Shown: positions 14,109-24,677 of the stretch, one piece after another | Numbering within the stretch: the stretch's first letter is position 1 | How the letters are laid out: each line of letters starts with the position of its first letter | Assembly: GCA_965235115.1 (NCBI GenBank) | Contig: OZ249436.1 | Coordinates: forward strand, 21,082,001 to 21,146,000 | Direction of reading: 5' to 3' | Length of the DNA stretch: 64,000 nt | Origin: Laetmonice hystrix | Lineage: Eukaryota | Program-made: the position numbers and the translations under genes | Notes under the pieces: generated by a model | Databases searched by the model: none | Told to the model about the DNA's origin: nothing | Seen by the model: the letters and a program-made list of their open reading frames with translations, nothing else

Positions 14109-14882
14109 GAGTAAGATCTTCCCAGAATTAATTGCAAAAAATATCCGCCTTAAAGAATCTAACCAATCTCTGGTTTTGTGACGAAAGTGACCCCTTACAT
14201 AAGTCGGTCGTCGATATTTGGGCAGAGCGAGCCGTAAGTGGAAAGTGTGTTGGGAATTAAAGGGACTCCGCTAATTCCCCCGAAATATGAAACGTTTCAT
14301 CCTTAGCAACATGATATTTAAATATGACGATCAAATAATGGCAACAAATGTAAGAAAATTAGAAGTCACCCGAGCACGGTCCGTGGAGTTTACAAACCAT
14401 CCTATTATGGCAAACCGGCGTGGCTGCGTGTAACGAAGGAAGGCAAGATGGCACACGCTGCTCCGTCTTACAACTACATGCGCAGTTATTACGATATTAC
14501 AGGTAAATCTAGGTTGTTTAATATGAGAGGGGTCGATTTTGTGGCTTTTTATTGACGTGGCCCCTTTAATTATATTATCTAAAAGGTTCCATAATCCTTT
14601 CTTCAACTTAATGAGATATAGGTCTACTGTAATATTATAATAAGCATAATAGTAGACTTCTTTTGGGGGGAACAATATGGATATCGAGGGAAAAGCAAAT
14701 AGGCCCTATATAATACAGGTCCTGATTGTTTGGGAATTGGGGCACAACAAGAAGTTATAGTGATGTCTAATAGCTGTTTAATGACATGTAATATACGATA
14801 GTAAGGGCACCATTAATATTTCTGTACACAAAACACTCTAAGCACCCTGGTTGTCCAAGTCCTTTCAGTTCACGAGTAACAT

Positions 14883-16226
14883 TCAGTCACGAGTACACAC
14901 GTTGCCTGCCGCACGAGGTTCTGATATCACGATGACGTCATCCAAGCGGTATCTGACGTCAGAGGCCGTCTCCAGGGACTTCATGATGTCCTTCCTGCGG
15001 GTCGTCCGACGCCGCCCTCCGGTGCTCGACAAACTTCTCTTGGTGGCATTCCGACGACGTACTATCTCTCGAATCCTGTCCCCCAATGTCCTCCAAGACG
15101 TCGCCTCAGGTAGGGCTTGCTGAAGCTCCTTCTCCATGTGCGGACGGATGGGTCGGTAGTTCTGGGAGAGATTCTTTTGGAGTTGTTCAATGTAGGGCAG
15201 CGACGTCGGGGTTTGTCCGTGGGAGGTGCAGATGGAGGGCAGCGACGACTGGGCTTGTCCGTGGGAGGTGCAGATGGAGGGCAGCGACGACTGGGTTTGT
15301 CCGTGGGAGGTGCAGATGGAGGGCAGCGACGACTGGGCTTGTCCGTGGGAGGTGCAGATGGAGGGCAGCGACGACTGGGCTTGTCCGTGGGAGGTGCAGG
15401 TGGAGGGCAGCGACGACTGGGCTTGTCCGTGGGAGGTGCAGGTGGAGGGCAGCGACGACTGGGCTTGTCCGTGGGAGGTGCAGATGGAGGGCAGCGACGA
15501 CTGGGTCTGTCCGTGGGAGGTGCAGGTGGAGGGCAGCGACGACTGGGCTTGTCCTTGGGAGGTGCAGATGAAGCCTGGCAGCGACGACTGGGTTTGTCCG
15601 TGGGAGGTGCAGATGGAGCCTGGCAGCGACGACTGGGTTTGTCCGTGGGAGGTGCAAATGGAGCCTGGCAGCGACAACGGGGTTTGTCCGTGGGAGGTGT
15701 AGGCTGGGGTGTCAGGAAGACCAAGCCTTGCGACCATCTCGGGCGTGACAAGTGTTGACGTCATCGGCTGAGGTTGAGCGGGGGCCGTCAAGGTCGTCCG
15801 TCTGCTGAGATCGTCGAAGGCTCTTTGGATACGAATGGCTTGCTGGTTGTCATAGTAACGCTGAATGGAGAGCATGTTCTGATGACGAGCCTCTTCAATG
15901 AGATTGATGTCTTCCATATAGGAGTCGAACGTGGATGCCAGTTCCTTGTCGTGGGGAAACTGTTGAGACTTGGCAAGGTAGGCTGCCAATAGTGCAGTGT
16001 AGCGCTGTTGTAGTGCCTGGTTCGGTGGTAAAGCTGGTAGGTGGCCAGCAGGTGGTCCCGGGTGGCCAGACCGTGGTGTCGTCCACATGGAAGCTGGGAC
16101 TGGGATCGGACTGGTCAGGGTCCAGTTGCCGGTATCCAGGAGCTGATGGCGGGAGTCCCCTGGGGGCAGCGGTGCGATGACGATGGGACAGGTGGCGGTG
16201 GCAGGTTCTGGGCGGCGGTAGTCCAT
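14883..16226 (-). CDS. Intronless hypothetical 447-aa protein, copy 1 (helical N-terminal region, 12 x TSHGQxQSSLPSxC repeats, basic C-terminus)
   Basis: Open frame with strong Kozak context (gagATGG), TATATAA 84 nt upstream, and ATTAAA/AATAAA downstream. Kept without frameshift in three diverged copies. Confidence 0.65.
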   Translation of the reverse strand: MDYRRPEPATATCPIVIAPLPPGDSRHQLLDTGNWTLTSPIPVPASMWTTPRSGHPGPPAGHLPALPPNQALQQRYTALLAAYLAKSQQFPHDKELASTFDSYMEDINLIEEARHQNMLSIQRYYDNQQAIRIQRAFDDLSRRTTLTAPAQPQPMTSTLVTPEMVARLGLPDTPAYTSHGQTPLSLPGSICTSHGQTQSSLPGSICTSHGQTQSSLPGFICTSQGQAQSSLPSTCTSHGQTQSSLPSICTSHGQAQSSLPSTCTSHGQAQSSLPSTCTSHGQAQSSLPSICTSHGQAQSSLPSICTSHGQTQSSLPSICTSHGQAQSSLPSICTSHGQTPTSLPYIEQLQKNLSQNYRPIRPHMEKELQQALPEATSWRTLGDRIREIVRRRNATKRSLSSTGGRRRTTRRKDIMKSLETASDVRYRLDDVIVISEPRAAGNVCTRD

Positions 16227-16274
16227 CTCGTGCTGGGTGCGGTGGTCACAGTGAGGTCAGAGAGGTTCACAGTG

Positions 16275-16310
16275 AGAGTGGTGGTGGTCATTGCTCGCAC
16301 ACGTTATATA
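16275..16310 (-). promoter_or_regulatory. TATA box plus initiator for the 447-aa gene (equivalent TATA boxes at 21069-21075 and 26087-26093)
   Basis: The minus strand reads gggTATATAAcg...acCCACTCTc; the Inr-like A (16279) is 31 nt from the first T of the TATA box, which is canonical spacing. Confidence 0.6.
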
Positions 16311-19300
16311 CCCACCCTGGCCGGGAGGTGTGAGCGGAAGCTGTGAGGGAAGACGCTATGGCCATCCTTTGAAGATGAAGCTTAAAGAAATCTTTTTTCG
16401 AAGGGGTCACTGTGGTGTGAAATAAAGCTGTAGCTAGCACCCTCTTGTCACACACAACTTCACACCTTCAGAACGAAGATGTGTGAAAAAGTGCACAGCT
16501 TCTCAAACGTTTGGCTTCCAACACCACTTTCTGAACTGAAAAGGTGATAGCTCATGTTAACACATCCTGTACCAAGCTGTCAAATAATAGGGCGTGCAAG
16601 TTTCGCGTCCTTGACCTGTAAATGACCAGAAATAGCCTCGAAACGCGTCACGTTGGTCCCTAAACGATTGTTACGTCACAAGTCTTCCATTGGTATAACA
16701 TGGGAGGAGAAAACACACTTTCAAACATCGACTAGATTTTTGTCAGTTTTGATATCTAAGACATGAAATGTATTTTCAAACGTAAAACAGATTTGTGTTC
16801 TTGTTTTGTAAGTTACAAGAATGAAAGCGCCCTAACTATAGAAGTTGAGAGTTGCGGACTCCTATGTAATGGGAGTCGCAGTGCTGAAGTGACGAGGTCA
16901 CAACACGTTAGGACCAAAGCCGGCTGTTCTCGGGTTTTCTCATGTTTTCTCTTGACCCACGTGCACACCCTATACCCTTTGTGGTTCAACCCATCAGCTT
17001 TTTATGAAAAAAGACTGCGTAATTAAAATTCGTGTGTGGTTGATAGGTTGTAGGCCCTATAATAGAGTAGACAATTAGTTCGATTTCAGACTTGATGGGT
17101 GCCCTATAGACATGCGCACTGTCTCTCAGTCAGTGTCGAGTTTACACTCACACGCGCACCCCCATGCACACGATTAAACTTAGTGACACTGTGTGCAGGG
17201 TTGTCAAATGGATTGTCGAAAGCTATTGATAGTTGGGGGGGGCTGAAGCCAGGCAGCCGTCCATGTTGTCACCATACGCCTTGACAGGGGCGGATCTAGG
17301 TTTTCGAGGAGGGTGGGGTGGTACATTACCATGTAGTAATGGCTGCCGCACATCTGTACTAGATCTATAGGGCTCCGGGGGCTTGAAATCGGAAAATCGG
17401 GGCAATTTGGGGCAATTTAAGCATAGGCTAGAATTGGGGGGGGGGGGGAATTGTAGGGGCAAATGATATTCCTGGCCCGGCCCTGTTTCGACACCCTTGC
17501 CGTGGAGAGAGTAGATATCACTGCTACCTAGACTTTTTTAACAGATGCCTATCAGATCTCAGGTGTCAACACAACGCCTACGGTATGTTCATGGACATTG
17601 GGAAAACCTCGGCCGTTTCCGCCTGCTTCGGAAATAACTCACAGGTGTAATGTTTTCTGTGTGTTTGTGATGCGGTGCGAACGAATACTGGAGTAAACAG
17701 GCAGGCGGACACAATAGCGCGCAGACAAACTAATCCCTCATGGATAATGGCAGCCTATGAGGAGTGTTTGGATTTTACATTGGAAAACTGTCCGCTATAC
17801 AAGGGGAAACTAGAGCAGTTGTAACCAAAGCAGATAGAAACATTGAAAGTTCTTAACGAGGGAAGAGACTGCATAGCCTCCATTCGCCCTATTATCGCCC
17901 ACACGGGTCAATGCAGTGCGCTCACTTCTGAGCACTTGGAAACTGGCGAGGCAATCTAGGCGGAGATAACTCGGCTCACCGTCGGCAGATTCCTTCCGTA
18001 AACACCCACTCAGCTCACCATCAAGCCTGTGGAAAGCGGTTTGTTTTCATTTGTGTGACGTCAGATCGTACTTCTTTCAAAATGGCGGCCCGACCGTTAC
18101 GGCCGAGATATGATGGTAACATCTGTCGGGGGGAGTGGTTCAGGGGGTGAGTCCCTTGATGACGTAGTACACAAGGATACCCAAGTATATAGGCCTATAC
18201 TTGGGTACCCTTGTAAAGCTATAGCTGTCACTGTCGCAAGAACTATGCTTTCTTTAATTCTATGTAGGGTGACTGAGTGAATTGAGGGGTTTACGCCCTG
18301 TCGACAGTATTTCAGTCATATTCAGGGCGATAGGAACCATATAATTCAGGCAAGGGACCTATTTTACCCCTTGTGTGCCAGGGGACGGGTGATGATGGGG
18401 ATGAAGTATGAAAGAACCCTCCCACCGGGAGGCAATCCCCTACTCTTTTCGAAAAATTGCAAGGGCTCCTTTACATGCCCAGCCGCACAGATACGACTGG
18501 GCCTCCCAAAGCCTTTGAAGACCCGGTTCAATGTTTCGGAGCACTGGGGAGAGCCAGTAGGAAAATCGTATTAGAAGGATGGCCAAATTGACCTGTGACC
18601 TTAAAATGAAAAGAATTAAAATAAAAACCAATACACTGTAAATCCTTACACATAAGCAGTGAAAGATAAAATTGGTTGGGGTGCAAGCGCGAAACGGGGG
18701 GGGGGGGTGGTGGTTCGGGTGGTTCGAAGAATCTAACCCCTCTCTGGTTTTGTGACGAAAGTGACCCCTTACATATAAGTCGACCGTCGATATTTGGGCA
18801 GAGCGAGCCGTAAGTGGAAAGTGTGTTGGGAATTAAAGGGACTCCGATAATTCCCCCGAAATATGAAACCTTTCATCCTTAGCAACATGATATTTAAATA
18901 TGACGATCAAATAATGGCAACAAAATGTAAGAAAATTACACGTCACCCGAGCACGGTCCGTGGAGTTTACAAACCATCCTATTATGGCAAACCGGCGTGG
19001 CTGCGTGTAACGAAGGAAGGCAAGATGGCACACGCTGCTCCGTCTTACAACTACATGCGCAGTTATTACGATATTACAGGTAAATCTAGGTTGTTTAATA
19101 TGAGAGGGGGTCGATTTTGTGGCTTTTTATTGACGTGGCCCCTTAATTTATTATCTAAAAGGTTCCATAATCCTTTCTTCAACTTAATGAGATATAGGTC
19201 TACTGTAATATTATAATAAGCATAATAGTAGACTTCTTTTGGGGGGAACAATATGGATATCGAGGGAAAAGCAAATAGGCCCTATATAATACAGGTCCTG

Positions 19301-19314
19301 ATTGTTTGGGAATT

Positions 19315-19568
19315 GAGGCACAACAAAAAGTTATAGTGTTTAACGACATGTAATATACGATAGTTCCGGAGGCACAACAAGAAGTTATAGTGATGTCTAA
19401 TAGCTGTTTAATGACATGTAATATACGATAGTTTCAGAGGCACAACAAGAAGTTATAGTGATGTCTAACAGCTGTTTAATGACATGTAATATACGATAGT
19501 TTCGGAGGCACAACAAGAAGTTACAGTGATGTCTAATAGCTGTTTAATGACATGTAATATACGATAGT
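19315..19568. repeat. 68-bp VNTR, 4 copies (first one internally deleted)
   Basis: Unit gaggcacaacaagaagttatagtgatgtctaatagctgtttaatgacatgtaatatacgatagtttcg; single copy in unit 1 at ~14739-14802. Confidence 0.9.
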
Positions 19569-19647
19569 AACGGCACCATTAATATTTCTGTACACAAAAC
19601 ACTCTAAGCACCCTGGTGGTCCAAGTCCTTTCAGTTCACGAGTACAT

Positions 19648-20991
19648 TCAGTCACGAGTACACACGTTGCCTGCCGCACGAGGTTCTGATATCACGATGA
19701 CGTCATCCAAGCGGTATCTGACGTCAGAGGCCGTCTCCAGGGACTTCATGATGTCCTTCCTCCGGGTCGTCCGACGCCGCCCTCGGGTGCTCGACAAACT
19801 TCTCTTGGTGGCATTCCGACGACGTACTATCTCTCGAATCCTGTCCCCCAATGTCCTCCAAGACGTCGCCTCAGGTAGGGCTTGCTGGAGCTCCTTCTCC
19901 ATGTGCGGACGGATGGGTCGGTAGTTCGCGGAGAGGTTCTTTTGGAGTTGTTCAATGTAGGGTAGCGACGTCGGGGTTTGTCCGTGGGAGGTGCAGATGG
20001 AGGGCAGCGACGACTGGGTCTGTCCGTGGGAGGTGCAGATGGAGGGCAGCGACGACTGGGTTTGTCCGTGGGAGGTGCAGATGGAGGGCAGCGACGACTG
20101 GGTCTGTCCGTGGGAAGTGCAGGTGGAGGGCAGCGACGACTGGGTTTGTCCGTGGGAGGTGCAGATGGAGGGCAGCGACGACTGGGTCTGTCCGTGGGAG
20201 GTGCAGATGGAGGGCAGCGACGACTGTGCTTGTCCGTGGGAGGTGCAGATGGAGGGCAGCGACGACTGGGTCTGTCCGTGGGAAGTGCAGGTGGAGGGCA
20301 GCGACGACTGGGTTTGTCCGTGGGAGGTGCAGGTGGAGCCTGGCAGCGACGACTGGGTTTGTCCGTGGGAGGTGCAGATGGAGCCTGGCAGCGACGACTG
20401 GGTTTGTCCGTGGGAGGTGCAGATGGAGCCTGGCAGCGACAACGGGGTTTGTCCGTGGGAGGTGTAGGCTGGGGTGCCAGGGAGACCAAGCCTTGCGACC
20501 ATCTCGGGCGTGACAAGTGTTGACGTCATCGGCTGAGGTTGAGCGGGGTCCGTCACGTTCGTCCGTCTGCTGAGATCGTCGAAGGCTCTCTGGATACGAA
20601 TGGCTTGCTGGTTGTCATAGTAACGCTGAATGGAGAGCATGTTCTGATGACGAGCCTCTTCAATGAGATTGATGTCTTCCATATAGGAGTCGAACGTGGA
20701 TGCCAGTTCCTTGTCGTGGGGAAACTGTTGAGACTTGGTCAGGTAGGCTGCCAATAGTGCAGTGTAGCGCTGTTGTAGTGCCTGGTTCGGTGCTAAAGCT
20801 GGTAGGTGGCCGGCAGGTGGTCCCGGGTGGCCGGGCTGTGGTGTCGTCCACGTGGAAGCTGGGACTGGGATCGGACTGGTCAGGGTCCAGTTGCCGGTAT
20901 CCAGGAGCTGATGGCGGGGGTCCCCTGAGGGCAGCGGCGCGATGACGATGGGGCAGGTGGCGGCGGCAGGTTCTGGGCGGCGGTAGTCCAT
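19648..20991 (-). CDS. Intronless hypothetical 447-aa protein, copy 2
   Basis: Paralog of 14883-16226 with the same length, 12 repeats, and TATA at 21069-21075. Confidence 0.65.
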   Translation of the reverse strand: MDYRRPEPAAATCPIVIAPLPSGDPRHQLLDTGNWTLTSPIPVPASTWTTPQPGHPGPPAGHLPALAPNQALQQRYTALLAAYLTKSQQFPHDKELASTFDSYMEDINLIEEARHQNMLSIQRYYDNQQAIRIQRAFDDLSRRTNVTDPAQPQPMTSTLVTPEMVARLGLPGTPAYTSHGQTPLSLPGSICTSHGQTQSSLPGSICTSHGQTQSSLPGSTCTSHGQTQSSLPSTCTSHGQTQSSLPSICTSHGQAQSSLPSICTSHGQTQSSLPSICTSHGQTQSSLPSTCTSHGQTQSSLPSICTSHGQTQSSLPSICTSHGQTQSSLPSICTSHGQTPTSLPYIEQLQKNLSANYRPIRPHMEKELQQALPEATSWRTLGDRIREIVRRRNATKRSLSSTRGRRRTTRRKDIMKSLETASDVRYRLDDVIVISEPRAAGNVCTRD

Positions 20992-23900
20992 CTCGTGCTG
21001 GGTGCGGTGGTCACAGTGAGGTCAGTGAGGTTCACAGCGAGAGTGGTGGTGGTCATTGCTCGTACACGTTATATACCCACCCTGGCCGGGAGGTGTGAGC
21101 GGAAGCTGTGAGGGAAGACGCTATATGGCCATCCTTTGAAGATGAAGCTCAAAGAAATCTTCTTTCGAAGGGGTCACTGTGGTGTGAAATAAAGCTGTAG
21201 CTAGCACCCTCTTGTCACACACCACTTCACACCTTCAGAACGAAGATGTGTGAAAAAATGCACAGCTTCTGAAACGTTTGGCTTCCACCACCACTTTCTG
21301 AACTGAAAAGGTGATAGCTCATGTTAACACATCCTGGACCAAGCTGTCAAATAATAGGGCGTGCAAGTCTCGCGTCCTTGAACTGTAGCCTAAATGACCA
21401 GAAATAGCCTCGAAACGCGTCACGTTGGTCCCTAAACGATTGTTACGTCACAAGTCTTCCATTGGTATAACATGGGAGGAGAAAACACACTTTCAAACAT
21501 GGACTAGATTTTTGTCAGTTTTGATATCTAAGACATGAAATGTATTTTCAAACGTAAAACAGATTTGTGCTCTTGTTTTGTAAGTTACAAGAATGAAAGC
21601 GCCCATAGAAGTTGAGAGTTGCGGACTCCTATGGGAGTCTCAGTGCTGAAGTGACGAGCTCACAACACGTTAGGACCAAAGCCGGCTGTTCTCGGGTTTT
21701 CTCATGTTTTCTCTTGACCCACGTGCACACCCTATACCCTTAGTAGTTCAACCCGTCAGCTTTTTATGAAAAAAGACTGCGTAATTAAAATTCGTGTGTG
21801 GTTGATAGGTTGTAGGCCCTATAATAGAGTAGACAATTAGTTCGATTTCAGACTTGATGGGTGCCCTATAAACATGCACTGTCTCTCAGTCAGTGTCGAG
21901 TTTACACTCACAGGCACACCCCCATGATGGATGCACACGATTAAACTTAGTGACACTGACCTGTACAGTGCAGGGTTGTCGAATGGGTTGTCGAAAGCTA
22001 TTGATAGTTAGGGCGGGGAGCTGATGCCAGGCAGCCGTCCACCTGTTGTCACCATACGCCTTGACAGGGGCGGATCTAGGTTTTCGAGGAGGGTGGGTGG
22101 TACATTACCATGTAGTAATGGCTGCCGCACATCTGTACTAGATCTATAGGGCTCCGGGGGCTTGAAATCGGAAAATCGGGGCAATTTGGGGCAATTTAAG
22201 CATAGGCTATATAGAATTGGGGGGGGGGGGGATTGTAGGGGCAAATGATATTCCTGGCCCGGCCCTGTTTGCCGTGGAGAGAGTAGATATCACTGCTACC
22301 TAGACTTTTTTAACAGAATGCCTATCAGATCTCAGGTGTCAACACAACGCCTACATATATGTTCAGGGACATTGGGAAAACCTCGGCCGTTTCCGCCTGC
22401 TTCGGAAATAACTCACACGTGTAATGTTTTCTGTGTGTTCGTGATGCGGTGCGAACGAATACTGGAGTAAACAGGCAGGCGGACACAATAGCGCGCAGAC
22501 AAACTAATCCCTCATGGATAATGGCAGTCTATGAGGAGTGTTTGGGTTTTACATTGGAAAATTGTCCGCTATACAAGAGGAAACTAGAGCAGTTGTAACC
22601 AAAGCAGATAGAAACATTGAAAGTTCTTAACGAGGGAAGAGACTGTATAGCCTCCATTCGCCCTATTATCGCCCACACGGGTCAATGCAATGCGCTCACT
22701 TCTGAGCACTTGGAAACTGGCGAGGCAATCTAGGCGGAGATATAACTCGGCTCACCGTCGGCAGATTCCTTCCGTAAACACCCACTCAGCTCACCGTCAA
22801 AACTTCCAAATCATCTGACAGCTTAATTAATGACAGTTGTGCCTGTGGAAAGCGGTTTGTTTTCGTTTGTGTGACGTCAGATCGTACTTCTTTCAAAATG
22901 GCGACCCGACCGTTACGGCCGAGATATGATGGTAACATCTGTCGGGGGGAGTTGTTCAGGGGGTGAGTCCCTTGATGACGTAGTACACAAGGATACCCAA
23001 GTATATAGGCCTATACTTGGGTACCCTTGTAAAGCTATAGCTGTCACTGTCGCAAGAACTATGCTTTCTTTAATTCTATGTAGGGTGACTAAGTGAATTG
23101 AGGGGTTTACGCCATGTCGACAGTATTTCAGTCATATTCAGGGCGGTAGGAACCATATAATTCAGGCAAGGGACCTATTTTACCCCTTGTGTGCCAGGGG
23201 ACGGGTGATGATGGGGATGAAGTATGAAAGAACCCTCCCACCGGGAGGCAATCCCCTACTCTTTTCGAAAAATTGCAAGAGCTCCTTTACATGCCCAGCC
23301 GCACAGATACGACTGGGCGTACCAAAGCCTTTGAAGACCCGGTTCAATGTTTCGGAGCACTGGGGAGAGCCAGTAGGAAAATCGTATTAGAGGGATGGCC
23401 AAATTGACCTGTGACCTTAAAATGAAAAGAATTAAAATAAAAACCAATACACTGTAAATCCTTACACATAAGCAGTGAAAGATAAAATTGGTTGGGGTGC
23501 AAGCGCGAAACGGGGGGGGGGGTGGTTCGGGGGGTTCGAAGAATCTAACCCCTCTCTGGTTTTGTGACGAAAGTGACCCCTTACATACGTCGACCGTCGA
23601 TATTTTGGCAGAGCGAGCCGTAAGTGGAAAGTGTGTTGGGAATTAAAGGGACTCCGCTAATTCCCCCGAAATATGAAACCGTTCATCCTTAGCAACATGA
23701 TATTTAAATAGGACGATCAAATAATGGCAACAAATTTAAGAAAATTACAAGTCACCCGAGCACGGTCCGTGGAGTTTACAAACCATCCTATTATGGCAAA
23801 CCGGCGTGGCTGCGTGTAACGAAGGAAGGCAAGATGGCACACGCTGCTCCGTCTTACAACTACATGCGCAGTTATTACGATATTACAGGTAAATCTAGGT

Positions 23901-24125
23901 TGTTTAATATGAGAGGGGGTCGATTTTGTGGCTTTTTATTGACGTGGCCCCTTTAATTATATTATCTAAAAGGTTCCATAATCCTTTCTTCAACTTAATG
24001 AAATATAGGTCTACTGTTATATTATAATAAGCATAATAGTAGACTTCTTTTGGGGGGAACAATATGGATATCGAGGGAAAAGCAAATAGGCCCTATATAA
24101 TACAGGTCCTGATTGTTTGGGAATT

Positions 24126-24597
24126 GAGGCACAACAAGAAGTTATAGTGATGTCTAATAGCTGTTTAATGACATGTAATATACGATAGTTTCGGAAGCAC
24201 AACAAGAAGTTATAGTGATGTCTAATAGCTGTTTAATGACATGTAATATACGATAGTTTCGGAGGCACAACAAGAAGTTATAGTGATGTCTAATAGCTGT
24301 TTAATGACATGTAATATACGATAGTTTCGGAGGCACAACAAGAAGTTATAGTGATGTCTAATAGCTGTTTAATGACATGTAATATACGATAGTTTCGGAG
24401 GCACAACAAGAAGTTATAGTGATGTCTAATAGCTGTTTAATGACATGTAATATACGATAGTTTCGGAGGCACAACAAGAAGTTATAGTGATGTCTAATAG
24501 CTCTTTAAAGACATGTAATATACGATAGTTTCGGAGGCACAACAAGAAGTTATAGTGATGTCTAATAGCTCTTTAATGACATGTAATATACGATAGT
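24126..24597. repeat. 68-bp VNTR, 7 copies
   Basis: Units start at 24126, 24194, 24262, 24330, 24398, 24466 and 24534. Confidence 0.93.
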
Positions 24598-24677
24598 AAC
24601 GGCACCATTATTATTTCTGTACACAAAATACTCTAAGCACCCTGGTTGTTCAAGTCCTTTCAGTTCACGAGTAACAT

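Larger units (their letters stand above)
14153..18727. repeat. Large tandem unit 1 (~4.6 kb; segment A 14153-18170 plus segment B 18171-18727)
   Basis: Begins aagaatctaacc..tctctggttttgtgacgaaagtgacccc and is colinear with 18728-23538 and 23539-27525. Confidence 0.95.
18728..23538. repeat. Large tandem unit 2 (~4.8 kb; A plus B)
   Basis: Colinear with unit 1, with scattered SNPs, small indels and an expanded 68-bp VNTR. Confidence 0.95.

Noticed and set aside
13146..14181. Four ~300-aa ORFs over the 27-bp array
   Set aside because: They arise from a stop-free unit whose length is a multiple of 3; there is no unique flanking coding sequence or promoter evidence.
15062..15758. Alternative-frame ORFs over the 42-bp repeats (also in units 2 and 3)
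   Set aside because: They are confined to the repeat; only the 447-aa frame extends through unique sequence with start, promoter and stop signals.
14186..16411. 11-bp inverted match agtgacccctt / aaggggtcact around the 447-aa gene as possible TIRs
   Set aside because: A match this short is expected by chance in several kb, there is no TSD, and it is disrupted in unit 3.
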